64,000 nt of DNA from Bilabrum cf. latius (Eukaryota). The notes below the pieces were generated by a model. It worked only from the letters and a program-made list of their open reading frames with translations, did not search any database and was not told the origin of the DNA. The position numbers were made by a program, and so were the translations under genes. Numbering within the stretch: the stretch's first letter is position 1; each line of letters opens with the position of its first letter. The stretch is taken from positions 1-64,000 of the forward strand of contig OZ237749.1 in NCBI GenBank assembly GCA_965178125.1, written 5' to 3'. This document shows positions 12,601 through 25,100 of this stretch, piece by piece.

Positions 12601-13123
12601 TTGGCCCGGCCATGAGAGCGATGAGGAAGAAGGGCAATAGAAGCGATCAAGGCACATGCGGCAATCCGGCGAGCATGCGAGCTCGAGACCCGCAGAACGA
12701 ACGGAGGCCAACGCATTCAACCGAACTGCGATCGGCAGCAGGGCATCGGAACCATTGAGGCCTGCCTCGGCATCAGCATCCAGTGGGGCTGGCAGCGATG
12801 ATGATCCAATCGGTCGATTGCTGCAGATGCCTACCGACAAGGCTGGTAGTGACGGCCTTGCCGAGTTGCAGCCGCCGCTGGGAGCAGCCTCCAGCGCCAT
12901 CACGCAGCCGCCGACTTCAGCACTGTCACGACCTAGAGGAATTCGTGGTGACCAGAACATGGCGCCATCAGTGCCCGGCGCTGGATTGCGTGGTATGGGC
13001 CAGCGAGATATTTCACGGGCACGTGGCGAAATCGAGATCCTTCTTCTTGGCACCGCTCCACGGTGGGTACACATCCCAGCAATTGAGCAAGAAGGCTGGG
13101 GGTTTGATGAGAAATGGACATGA
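6695..13123 (+). CDS. Large hypothetical protein, about 2,140 aa with TAG read as sense; start uncertain
   Basis: ORFs at 7958, 8627, 9515, 10577, 11141, 12278 and 12656 are all in one frame. Manual translation of the gaps shows only TAG (about 22) and no TAA or TGA between 6620 and the TGA at 13121. It contains an S/R-rich repeat and an acidic tract at 9220-9370. Confidence 0.75.
7163..7720 (+). repeat. 84-bp coding tandem repeat, about 6.6 near-identical copies
   Basis: In the long frame the unit reads SSSSRGAS(TAG)ATGSSPSRRRQSSGAASS(P/H). Confidence 0.92.
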
Positions 13124-14224
13124 GGCCAGTGAGGTGTCATGTTCTGTGATTTTCTATGCAGAACAGATAACTTGCAGAACCTCGAGCTGCATGTGCAGCA
13201 GTGAAGAGCTGCATTGCAGCACTGCAGACAGACAGGCCTCTCTCGCCATGAGTTATATCCACTGTAATATAAAGAGGTGCAAATTACACTGTTTCAAGAC
13301 GACATGTGCGTGTGTTGTATTTGGGCTAATGTAGTGCATGCAGGACGTCAGCCCTTCTCATGGAAGTAAATGAACCATGCATCCGATTCTGAAGGGTTAG
13401 GGCTAACCCTATCATGTGTATTACAAAACAGATTCCTAGCCCACAAACATCCAAGCATCGGTACCGTGAACCGGTGCACACCCTGCTACAGGCTTGCCCT
13501 GCTGGACGTCCTCGGCGCCGCGCATGCTGGTTCCGCTGTTCACGACCGTTTGCGGATTCTGGCGCAACCACACCTCTCAGCGCCACATACCGGCTCAACT
13601 GTACTGAGGCCTGTTGGGATTCATGTTAATTACCATTTACTGCCATACATCGTTGTGTGTTCAAGGTGACATGCTGCTGTGGGTCTGCTTTTGGTCTCGC
13701 CTCATTGGGGCGCGCCATGGCGTTTGCAGACAGAACAGCTAGGTACCGCATAGCCCGAGTACAACAACCGCCAGGTATTTTGATTCTATTGTATTCATTC
13801 AAATTGATTGTTGGTGTTTCTGTTAGGTTCTGGCATCTGTATGGGATCATCGCTGGTCTGCTAACGTGCTTGTGCGTTGTCCGGTTTTCATGGCAGCACT
13901 CGGGTATGTTGCCATGCATCGAGGGGCTATTAATTAGTTTCAATCGTTATATTCTTTTTCTATGCATTGCAGGCAGCCTTTAGGACCCACCTGTGCTGAT
14001 GAGACCCTCTCGCCGCTTCTGGCAAACATTGCATGGAACTGAGCAGATCTGTGCGGTGGGCGAGCAGAGAGTCAGACCGGCCAACCGTATAGGGATCCGT
14101 ACGGATGGCGGTTGATTCTTTGGTCTCTTCAGGGCAGTCCCAATGATGCGTCCCGTCCCCAGCTCCTGGACTCGGCCTTCGGCGGCACGCCCGTCATCCT
14201 CTCACGCGGCTGCCCGCGCACCCT

Positions 14225-14700
14225 CCCAGCACTCAGTCCTTGAGTCGGGCGGGAGCGCGGGTGCGTGCTTCGAGGCAGCGCGTGCCCCCGGGGCGAGAAG
14301 GAGCAGGCCAATGACGAGGAGCAGCATCCCGGGACAGGTGTCTCTGTAGATCCGATCGTCGAGTGTGGAGGTGTGTGTGGCAACACGATGAACCTGATGT
14401 CCCAGATCCGCAATGAGGTGGGGCAGGCAGTGCATGGGGAGCGCAAGCTTCTCGTGCACGCGCTTCATGCCGGCTCGCTGCCATCGGCCGCTGACTTGAT
14501 CCCCGGGCTCGCGCACTTGTCGCGGCCCGTGCTGTCTCAGTCACGGACGGGCGAGCTGGATGGAGCACCTGCCCGACGGGGAGACAACCCCCTATTCTCG
14601 CGGGCGAAACACAGCAGGGCACACCTCCTTGGCAAACCCAATTTGCACGACGCGGTTTGGTCCAGACTCGCCGGGTGGGCGTCCATCCCGTGCAGCCCCC
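14225..14700 (+). repeat. Dispersed subtelomeric repeat, copy 1 (paralogous to 15498-15800 and weakly to 16118-16235)
   Basis: Shared blocks CCAGCACTCAGTCCTTGAGTCGGGCGGGA and CCGTGCTGTCTCAGTCACGGACGGGCGAGCTGGATGGAG...CCCCTATTCTCGCGGGCGAAACACAGCAGGGCACACCTCCTTGGCAAACCCAAT. Confidence 0.85.
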
Positions 14701-14976
14701 TGGGTGCTCGTCACCCACGGGCAGCACCACCGAGGAGACCGAGGCCGAGATTCATTGCAAACCAAGCAGACAAGCATAATCATACACCAAATATGCATTG
14801 CTAATCACTTGCACCTCTTGTCGACTGCTTGCATATCTGCAACTGGCCCAGATCTGCCTCAGTGCGATCTTGCGACCACTTGGACACTGCGCGGCAACAC
14901 CGTCTTTGCGGAACATGATACTTTTTGCGGAACATGATACTTTCGCGGCGCCCGGGCCTGGCCTAGGATGGTACTG

Positions 14977-15171
14977 TAACCCTAACCCTAACCCTAACCC
15001 TAACCCTAACCCTAACCCTAACCCTAACCCTAACCCTAACCCTAACCCTAACCCTAACCCTAACCCTAACCCTAACCCTAACCCTAACCCTAACCCTAAC
15101 CCTAACCCTAACCCTAACCCTAACCCTAACCCTAACCCTAACCCTAACCCTAACCCTAACCCTAACCCTAA
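14977..15171 (+). repeat. Interstitial telomeric array (CCCTAA)n, about 32 units
   Basis: Perfect hexamer run in the same orientation as the terminal array. Confidence 0.96.
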
Positions 15172-15245
15172 ATATATATAATGTGCGGCGTTTTGTTTTT
15201 TGGTGAAAAATTGTGCGTGCCCCGATCCTAACATGACCCCCAGAT

Positions 15246-15300
15246 ACCCTAACCCTAACCCTAACCCTAACCCTAACCCTAACCCTAACCCTAACCCTAA
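15246..15300 (+). repeat. Second interstitial telomeric array, about 9 units
   Basis: Perfect CCCTAA run separated from the first by an AT-rich spacer of about 75 bp. Confidence 0.95.
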
Positions 15301-15488
15301 GGCGATGGATGGGTCCATGGTGCCTGTGCTGGGGCGCGCAGGCTGGATGTGCGGGCGACGGATGGGTCCATAGTGCCTGTGCTGGGGCGCGCAGGCTGGA
15401 TGTGTGGGCGATGGATGGGTCCATGGTGCCTGTGCTGGGGCGCGCAGGCTGGATGTGCGGGCGGCGGATGGGGTCATGGTGCCTGTGA
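15301..15488 (+). repeat. 53-bp tandem repeat, about 3.5 copies, homologous to the 54-bp telomere-associated repeat
   Basis: Unit GGCGATGGATGGGTCCATGGTGCCTGTGCTGGGGCGCGCAGGCTGGATGTGCG, placed directly after CCCTAA repeats as at 4956. Confidence 0.9.
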
Positions 15489-15497
15489 TAGAACCCT

Positions 15498-15800
15498 TCC
15501 AGCACTCAGTCCTTGAGTCGGGCGGGAATGCGGGAGCATGATTTGATTCGGCTCGATTTGAGGTAGCGCAAGCTCACGGGGGGAGAAGGAGCAGGCCAAT
15601 GGCTAGGAGCAGCATACCATTGACAAATGTCCGTGCTGTCTCAGTCACGGACGGGCGAGCTGGATGGAGTACCTGCCGATGGGGAGACAACCCCCTATTC
15701 TCGCGGGCGAAACACAGCAGGGCACACCTCCTTGGCAAACCCAATTAACACGATGCGGTTTGGTCCAGACACACCGGGTGGGCGTCCGGTCCGTGCAGCC
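15498..15800 (+). repeat. Dispersed subtelomeric repeat, copy 2 (internally deleted relative to copy 1)
   Basis: Matches 14225-14330 and 14527-14695. Confidence 0.85.
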
Positions 15801-16745
15801 GTCGAGTGCTCGTCGCTCGACGGCCCACGCCTCGGACGGAGCCCCCGTCGTGGCAGCCATTATTGTAAATAGAGATGGCACTGGCGTGTTCCTACTAATT
15901 GCAATTTAGCAGCCCAAGACCAAGTCAGGCCTGCCCAAGGTGCAACGAAGGCTGCTGCCAGGGGCACCCAGCGGCTGTGGCCCCTTGTGGGCATCCAAGC
16001 AGGCCATCAAGATGACCACCACCCGGCAGCGGTTGTCGGCCGATTGCACCAGCAAGGCCGACCTTGTGGATGCAGTGGCTTACAATACTTGGTTTGTGCC
16101 TGAGCGACTCATGGGTTTGCTTCATGCTGGATCGCTATCATCTGCCGTGGCTTGATCTCCGGGCTCATGCTCGCGCACTTGTTGCGGCACGGGCGTTTCT
16201 GGCACGAATGGACGAAGTGGGTGGAGCTCCTGACCTACTATGCTTAAGAATAGGAACTCAATGCAGCGGGTGGAAAGGCACTCAAGGAGGCTCCGGGAGA
16301 ATTGGTTTGTTGCGACCAATGATGACTAGTCGATGCCACGGTGACTGCGAGTGGCATTCGGCGGGTTCCGGTAAGGCAGGTACAGTGGCTTTGCCAAATG
16401 ACCACTCAAAAGGTAAAAGAAGTAATTTCTGGTGAAATTGATCTTGGTTGGTACCCTAAATACGGCTGAGGATATCCAACACGCCCTTTGCGCCAGGAGA
16501 GTAGGGCGAGGTGGAGCTCACGAACAGATAGCACTGGGACACATTTCTGCCCTCCTGTTGACCGGAATCGGCAGTCTTCTTCAGCAAGCGGTCGCAATAG
16601 CGTTTCCCAAGTATCACTTTGACTTTTGCTTGGATCACGCTACGGCGGATCGGCCCAGAGCTAAGGTAGATTTCCCAGTCATCAGCGTGCCACCGACACG
16701 TAAGCATAGGCAGTGTGAGGATCAACCGGTGGTTGCAACCTCGGG

Positions 16746-18764
16746 ATGCCACCGGCAAGATCTGGCTTCCTTGCAATACCCAGCGATAGCCAAAATGGCA
16801 ACAGAATCCCTTCCAGCTACAGGCCGTGGTACTTTGTGGATAGGATCGGGCCGTGTGGGGACAGAAGGTGGCTGAGTCTAGTGGCCGGCATTCTGATGCA
16901 GGCAGCTGCGGGGTCAGCGTATGCTTTCGGACTATACGCTAACGACCTCAAGCTGCGACTTAATCTGACGCAGCACCAGCTGTAGTCCATCGGGGCCATT
17001 GGCAACGTTGGCTATTATGGACAGGCACTGACCGGCGGGCCACTGTTCGATGTATGCGGACCATGGGTGGCTGGGGGCTACGGCACGATCGGTACGCTCG
17101 TTGGATACTTTCTTATGTACGCTGGGGCAAGTGACCGGTTCAACGTCTCTAATGGATGGATTGCGATGGCGCTGTATGCAGCCCTATGGCAGAATGCATC
17201 CGCAAGCTGCGACACTGTAGCCATCAGCGTTCAGGTGCTAAACCTACCTGCAGATAGAGGGCTGGTGCTCGGGATGGTCAAGTCTTTCTTTGGTTTCTCC
17301 GCCATTATGATTGCCATTGTACAAAGTGGGTACTATGAAAGTGACGCACCGGGGCTGCTGCTGTTTCTCACGGTGGCAGCATCTAGTGTCATTGGGGTTG
17401 CGACGGCTTCCCAGGCACTGGTTGGAGGGCAGGCTGCTGCTTCTGCTCGTGCTCAAGCGGCGGCTCATGGGGTGACAGAGTAGGATACAGAGCAACACGT
17501 GATGGAGGAAGCACGGAAGGAAGGAAAGAGACTCTCAGTCGGAGCAGGAGGGCACCTGCGGATGTGGACGATGTTTGGGGTAGTGGGTCTGGTCGCCGGT
17601 GTTTTGACTGCAGCAGCAGTCTTGCTGCACCTTGGATTCATCCCTACAGCTGCTCAATCCATCCTTCCATGGTTCATCATCCTGCTTCTGGCCATAGTTC
17701 TACTACCTGCTCTTCCCTGTCCTTGTTTCAGGGACAGGGAAGCTCACGCAGTATCTCCTGCGGTGGCTGCGACTGACCAAGCATCAGGAGTAGCAGAGGC
17801 TGGTAGTAGTGCATCAAGCCAGTCCGCCCCCACTGTATTGGAGTCAAACTCCATCAGCCACCCGCAGAATCGTTCGAAGGATACGTATGAAGTGGAGTCC
17901 GGGGATCAGGCCGCTGTGGACAGCGGGCAGCAGCTGACAGCTTGTGGCTCCCTTTGCACTATTGAATTTTGGCTTCTGTTTCTCATCATGCTTATTGGCA
18001 CTGGTTCGGGACTTGTGGTCTTCAATAACATCGGATAGATGACTCTGGCTATCTCCAGACGGACGAACGAAGAGGCAGTGTACGTGTCCCTCCTTGGCGT
18101 TGGGAATGGCTCTGGTGGCCTGCTGTTCGGCTTCCTCTCAGACCTAACCAAGAAGTAGGTGCCACGGCCCGTGTGGATCGCTATGGGCGTGGGACTTATG
18201 GGCGTGGCATGCTTCGTTTGCGCCGTGAGTGACATGGATCTGCTGTTCCTTGCGGTATTCATGGTGGGACTGGCCTACGGTGGCTTCTGGACCCTCGGTC
18301 CCTCCATCATCGCCGACGTATTCGGGGGCAGGAATTTTGGGATGATCTACAGCATCGTGTCCATGGCTGCGGCATGTGGATCGTATTCCTTCTCAGTCGG
18401 CCTTGCTAGCACGTTGTATCAGCGTGAGATCGAGCCAGGCGATGGAACGACGTGTTATGGGCACACGTGCTTCAGGGTCACATTCTTCATCCTGGCGGGG
18501 CTGTGCATTGCCGGAGTGGTCATGGGCCTGGTGTTGGCGTACCTTGCGTGGGGTGTGAGGGGTGCCTATCCCATGGTGGGGCCTATTTGTGGGCTGCAGC
18601 CAGCAGGCGGGCGCATCTATCAGGAGAGCGACTGGACCGGGACGCAATCAGGGTGGCAAGATCTTGAGGGAGGAGAGGTGCACCAAGGCAACCACAGACA
18701 GCAGCAGTGCAATCGGGACCAGAACAAATATCAGAGGTAGGAAGAGTGCGCTAACCATCTTTAA
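16746..18764 (+). CDS. MFS transporter, Nodulin-like/Mch1 family (about 672 aa, 5 in-frame TAG)
   Basis: Motifs RWLSLVA..AGSAYAFGLY, RGLVLGMVKSFFGFSA, EFWLLF..GTGSGLVVFNNIG(TAG)M and CYGHTCFRVTF. In-frame TAG at 16983, 17481, 18036, 18156 and 18738; TAA stop at 18762. Confidence 0.9.
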
Positions 18765-19159
18765 AGGGACCTATACGCTGGGCAAGGGGGCGGCGCAGTA
18801 TGGCCGGGGCTGAAGGTGTGAGACATAGCTGGCAAGGCTGTCGGGCGGGGATTGCTGACGACTAGTCTCCGCCGCTCCCACTCGCCCTGTCACGGATCAA
18901 TATGCTGGGCACGTGTTTGATGTTTGCACCATATATCTTCGGAGTAGGATTCGATCGACACAAATCCACACCGCACCATCTAGCGGTCACGCACGAGTGC
19001 AGCGCGACTTGCTGCTGCCTCGGTGGCCTCCTCAGCCGTGTACTTCATAGATGGCTCCGCTGCCACCGCCGGCCGAACTATTCCTCCCCCTTCACCCATG
19101 TCACCCTGCCCACGATTGATAAACAGGACCTGCCTTTCCTCCAGTATCACTGCTACCAT

Positions 19160-21891
19160 TTATCTGCGACGAGCAGCAAGGTCTTGTACGAAGTGTTTGA
19201 ATGCTGTGGCCAGTTGGGCCGCCCCGGCTTCGTCTGACTCAAACTCTTGAGACCCATCGAGCGTCAGAAGACTGGCAGCGCTCCGACTAGTCCCAGAGTC
19301 TCCGAATACTTGTTTGCACCATTCCGCTGGGACCTCACTTCCAATGCCTGCAATGCTACAGTCAGCTGATCCACCAAGCCAGTCGCGGTGCTTGGCATCA
19401 ATACTCTCCAAGTATTCGCGAGGCACGCCTCCCCCTGTCTCGCCTGGTCTTCCCCTTTTTGCGACTCGTTTCAAGGCAGTGTCGACGTCTGTGTCCAAGA
19501 ACACAATACCGTCATGCGCCCCGGCTGCGGCCCAGTCAGTGCCGGTGCATGATTGCGCCCCAAGTGCCTTGCTGATACCGATGCTACTGGCCCCCATGCC
19601 CAGAAGAAGCTCCCACTCGTGGTCTTCGAGCAGACCAGCGGCGCGTCGTGCCCTCCCAAAAACAAGAAGGTCAGATGCCACCGACCGCTCGACCAGCAGA
19701 ACGGGTATGACCCCTTCTGCAAGCGTGATGTTGCGCCCTTGTTGCACCCATTTCCTCACGTGCTGCTACAGGGCTCGAATGCGAGTGTGCGTGGCCCAGA
19801 GCTGAAGCTCCATCGCGTGTCTCTTTGGAGCACTATAGTAGGACTGGAGGATTGGGGCCCACTCCTCAAGTGGCTCGGCAATGCAGTCCACGATGCACAC
19901 CTGGGTGGAAGGGCCTTGCCCGCCTCCAGCTCCACTGGCTGGGCCGAGCCGGTCGGCTGGCGATACTGTGCCGTCTGCTGTTGGAAACGGAAATCTCTAC
20001 TGAAGCAACCGCAACAGCGTGCTCTTGCCGCCTGCGATGGTGGATTCTACGCAAACAATTAGCGGGCGGGCCCACTGCCGACTGGCCTGCTTGGACTCAA
20101 CTGTCGCCGATTCGGTCATGTTGGGCTGGAGTAGGCAAAGCGGGGGTACATCCGGCGCCACGAAAGGACTTCCAGATGCACGTGCAGCTCCAGAGCAGAA
20201 AGAAGCTAGCCTGGTTCGCAAGAGATCACAGGTAGCGCCGAGGTCATCCCCGCTGTTGTCCACAAGCAGATCGGCCTCCTCCCCATCCAGGTCCACCTCA
20301 GTCACGTGTGCGTCCTGGGGCACTGTCCCAATGAGCTTCACACCCCGTCGAATCATTGCTGCTTCGTCGGTGACGATGCGCACAAAGACACATCGGCCTG
20401 GTGGTGCCCTTGCACGCAGGAAGCTCAGCTCATGCCTCATTCGCACGTCCACAACAACGACAATGGGGCTCGAGCTGGCTCGAATGATCGCAGCGGCGTC
20501 TCGCAGCTCAAACTTCGGGTCCTTCGTATGTAGAGACTCGTAAAAATCCGTAAGTCCCTGCCTGTGGGTGTTCTTATAAGCGCGGTCCGCTGTGAGTCGC
20601 TCCAAGGTCACTCCCTCCTCCGCATGCAGCTTGGCGTAGCGAGCTTTGGTGGAGTCGCCGATACGAATCAGCTGCACAGGGACGGGACAGGTGCTGCTGC
20701 TGCTGCTGTCAGCGGTAATTTTGTTGAATGAGGCCGCCAAGGCTGCAGCCACAGAGTCTTTGCCGGCACCGCGCTTGCCTGCGACCAGTGATGAGTTGCA
20801 AGCCGAACCGAAGCAGAGCTATGGCGCTCAAGTCAGGGGACAGAGCCAGATATATCCACATGGCTCACCACTCAGTAGTAGAAGAACCTGCTAATTGGTA
20901 ACAAGGGTAGGATGCGGGCATGGGGCGGCATCACTCAGCTCCCTCTGCTGCTGACCTGTTGGGGCACTCAGCTGCCAACCATGGGCCGAGGACTTTACCT
21001 CGCTGCAAAAAGATACGAGCAGAAACACCAAAGGGCAAGTTTACAATGACGAGATGACTGGCGCACCGAATCACCCCAACGCGAACCATAAGAGAGGCAG
21101 CAGCCTAGTAGCCGCCTCACCTCGAGAACTACCGGAATGAGAGCCGAGTGGACGAGAAGTTGCTATCTTCGGCCGTGTCCCACTGCGCGCTCGCAGCTGG
21201 GTCGGATGCCAAATCGCAGTTTGTCTGCGCTTGACCTGGACGATCATGGTATTCCTCCTTCGTGACAGGCTTATCATCGTATTGATGCCCGCCATCGCGA
21301 GCTAGGAATCCCCAGGTCTTCGTCCGCGGCGCCATCATGAACAGCGTCCAGGCATCCTCACCAGGTTCCACCAAGACCCGGTGGAACGTTCGCGGATTGA
21401 TGCAGTTGCATGTTATTGCTCGGCGGTGCATGCGTCGTCTTTCATTAACCGGGGAATCTGCCGCATCGACCAGGAGCTCGTCATAGGAGCCCGCGAGAAT
21501 GAGCGACCATCCAGCTAGCCACGGGTGGTCATGAAAGCCACGATCAGGATCAGATGCCACGAACCGATGCAAAACAAGCTCGAATCCCATTATTTCGACG
21601 ATGTGATATCTCTCCTGCGAGCGCGCGTATGTAAGGGGTGGGACCTGGGTAAAATCCTACTGGTGGTCGAGTCATACATGTTAAGGAATTATCGCATTAC
21701 CTTACAAGAAAAGGACGTCCAGTAGGTCCTCTTATCAGCTTGCAGGGAAGATATCCTGAGAATTTGAGCAGTGCTCGTCTTGCAAACTGTTTCCATATCC
21801 AAAGCAGGACAGCAGTGGCAGAGACGACCGCAAGAACAGCAAGAGCTATCGGTTGAAGGGCTGCAAGTGCCTCTGGGCCGAACGTTTCCAT
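19160..21891 (-). CDS. Multidomain fusion: N-terminal TM + HDHPW cupin + phosphomevalonate-kinase-like P-loop domain + deoxynucleoside kinase (about 810 aa, 4 exons)
   Basis: Exons 21891-21706, 21614-21121, 21002-20869 and 20778-19160 are joined by phase-compatible GT-AG introns (2433 nt). Splicing restores PFL|ERYH and VLLLLSG|KRGAGKD. Motifs LHRF..SD..FHDHPW, YKNTHR, TEVDLD, ESTIAGGKST, EPLEEW, ERSVASD and RVAKRGRPGE. TAA stop. Confidence 0.8.
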
Positions 21892-22122
21892 ACCCGGTAA
21901 GCTACAACACACGCAGCAATAAATCTTCCGACGCTGTCGTGAAGTGTGGGTATACTATGAGTTGATAGACGCGATGTTGCAATGAACACACACGAGATCT
22001 TGTGAGGCATTATGAGTAGCTCGATCGGAGCTCTACAAGATACTTTTGGGGCATTGCTTTTGTGAGTATCGCTGGTAGATATGTAAGCTTTGTCTTACCA
22101 CAAAGATGTGCCAAGCCACCCA

Positions 22123-25100
22123 TCAATCGCCGGCACCGCCAGCGGCAGCGCCCTCGGCAGCATCGTCCGCCTTGATGGGCTCTGGGTCCCCGTTCCTCTT
22201 GCCCTTGGCTCCAAGGAAGAACTTGATGTCCGGCAGGGACAGGGTCGTGTCGAAGTCCTCCGTCTCGGCCGACACTCCGATGCGCAGAGCATGCGTGCCC
22301 TCCCCGATGGGCCCCACGAGCTCCTTCCAGGCCTCCACCACGGGGCTGTCCTTGTACTTTTTGGCAGCGTACTCGTTGAACATGAGCTTATCGATGGCCA
22401 CCAGGTCGGATACCACCATATTGTGCTTTTTATTCAGCAGCTCGCACAGCTCCATGCACGTCATCTTGTCGTTGCCATCCACCTCAAGGAAGTCCCAGCT
22501 GGTCCACCCGTTGGGGTGTGCGCGCACAGTGGTGCCCATGGTCGCGTCGTCGTACTCGCCCTCGTGTCGCTTGGGCCCGTTAGGCTCCTCGAAGGCGAAG
22601 CTGTCTGCGCTCAGGTCGCACGTAGGGGGCTGGAAGTACTTGACGTCCCTGTACCCCATGCAGTACTTGATCGACTCGTTGGTCACGAAGCCGGCCACCA
22701 TGCCCGTGGTGGTGGCCACTGCCGGGATGATGTGCCCCGCCATGACCTTGACCTGCAGCCGCTCCTCGAGGTCAATCTTGTACGAGGCGCATCGTACGTT
22801 GGTGAAGGCCGTCAAGAAGTCCACGTGGTGGTTCGTGTCGTCATCCTTCTCGAAATGCTGCCCCTCGAGGGAGTCGGCCCTGGCGGCGTACGAAGAGCCG
22901 TCCGCACCGACGATCTTGTCGAACAGCGCCAGCACAGAATCGAACTCCTCCTGCGCCGCCCCCGGGTCGGGCACCAGGTCCTCCTCCTTGGAGTCCTCGC
23001 CGCTCCCGGACTTGGGCACCATCTTCTTAGGTTTGTATGCAGGCACCTCCCCACCGGCCTGTGCGGCATCCACCATCTTGGCCAGCGCCTCCACGTCTCC
23101 CTCGGCAGGGACACCCTCCTTGATCCCGCACACCTGCGCAAACAGGCAAGCGGCGTGGTAGATGAAGGCGCGGTGCAGCTCGTTCCCGCGCACGTTCAGA
23201 GTCTCAATCGAGGGGAAGCGCTTGGTTCCCGTCCAGAAGGGGGTGCCGTCCTGCTGCTTGGCGTCCTCGGGGTACGAGTTGGCCAGGTCCTGGATGGGCG
23301 CGTAGCACTGCTCGAGGAACATGTGCGCGGCCGACTCCACGCACGACTGGAAGGTACCCTTCACGGCGGGGCGAGCCACCAGCAGAGTCTTGATGATCTT
23401 GCCCTTGGCTCCAGAAGGGGTGTCCTCGGCCCACGTCTTGCGGGCACCCGCCGCGTCCCTGGTGAAGTCCTGCGCCAGCTTGACGCCGCCCTCGAACTGG
23501 TCGTCGAAGTTGAACTTGGCGTGCACGACGCAGTGCTCCGACTTGTAGGGGTACTGCTTCACTGTGCACGAGTGCTCCGCGGGGCCACCGCCGCCCTCAC
23601 CGCCGGCCTCGCCGTCGTTCCAGCAGGGGGTCTTGCACGGCACCATGGAGCTGGCGTGGCACTTGAGGCCCTCCGTGCCCGACTCGAACTCGGCCACGCG
23701 GTGCCACGCGCACTTGCCATCCACGTACTTGCGGGCCTTGATCGTGTCCAGCGCGGGGATGACGAGGTCCAGCGCGTCCCAGAAATCGTCCGAAAAGATG
23801 TTCTCCGTGGAAGGGGAAGCAAACACGGTGTGCGACACGGTCTGGAAGTCGGGGTTCATCAGCTGCGCTCTAGCGCACGCCTGGGTGCTCTTGGGCTTCT
23901 TCACGTCAGGAGCGCGGAACAGGAACTGGCGGTTGAGGTTCGACCGCTCCACGTCATCTGCGTCAGTGACGGTGCACATGCCGCCCGCAGACTTGAGGCC
24001 CATGCCGGACAGGGCGAAGTTCTTGAGCAGCTCGCAGCCGAGGGCGCCCGACCCGACCATGAAGATCTTGCTCCTTGCCAGCTTGCCCACGTTGGCATCT
24101 CCGATCACAGCCCGCAGGTCGTCGTAGCGATCACCGCGAGGGGCGTAGTCGGCGGGCGCATCGCCGTCGGAGCCAGCCGCCGCGATGAATGGGTCAGCGA
24201 TATACAGGAGCTGCTGCTCCACGGGCCTGAACTGCCCCGTCAGCTTCACGATCTCCTGCGCGATGATCCCGCCGAACACCGCAGCCATGGACTGCAGCTG
24301 CACGCCCGAGCACCGCGCCACATCGCCCACCAGCTTGTCGTCGGCCTCGCCCTCCGCGAAGGTGGCCTCGTCCAGCATGCCGTCGGCCTTGGCCAAGTCG
24401 CGGGCGCGGGCACGCACGTCGGCTGTGTCCTCGGCGCTGTTGGTACGAGGGGCGGCACCGTCGTGCGCTGCTGCAAACGCGTCGCAAGCCTCAAAGGCAG
24501 CGTGCAGCTTGCTGGGCCGCATGAAGTCCACCCCGAAGTAAGGAGTGTCCATGAAGCCGGGCTCCTTGCGCTTCTCGGCGAAGGAGACCATGGCCCTGGG
24601 CTGGGGCTTCTTGAACTCGAACACCTCGCAGGTGCCAAGAGGGGCGAAGTCGGGCATGCCACTGGCCTCCCAGTCGTGGTCGAACTCGAAGTAGCCCGCG
24701 CCCTTCATGGCGTTGGACACCTCAAACGTCTTGCTGGGCTTGTCCTTGTCGTCCACTGTGGCGTTGAGCGACGGGATGCTCTGGCAGCCCTTGAAGTAGA
24801 CGTGCATGCCGTCGTCGATGGCCATCTGGTCGTCCTCCTTCAGGTCCATCCACACGCGCACTCGCTTCAGAGTCTCGGTCGGGTTCCCGTCGGCGTCCCT
24901 CTTCTTGACCTGCGTCTCCTTGGTGATCGACTTGACGATGTGCTGCACCGGGGGCTTGCCGTCCGCGTTCAGAACATCGAACCCAGGCCCGAAATCGAGG
25001 AACATACGACCCGCGGCACCGTTGAGCGAGCATGACAAGAAGCCGATGCGGCCGTCCTCCTCCTCATCGCTCGAGGGCCTCCGCGTGCTCCTGCAGAGCT

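Noticed and set aside
13657-13983. Short hydrophobic ORF downstream of the large orphan gene
   Set aside because: The sequence is T-rich and intron- or UTR-like, with no recognisable homology or resolvable exon structure.
5200-16700. Recognisable retrotransposon or endogenous virophage in the subtelomere
   Set aside because: I saw no reverse transcriptase, integrase, tyrosine recombinase or capsid motifs, no terminal inverted repeats and no AT-rich island.
22090-25035. 981-aa plus-strand ORF and many other long overlapping ORFs in GC-rich regions
   Set aside because: These are antisense or alternate-frame shadows of real genes (here UBA1), caused by high GC3.
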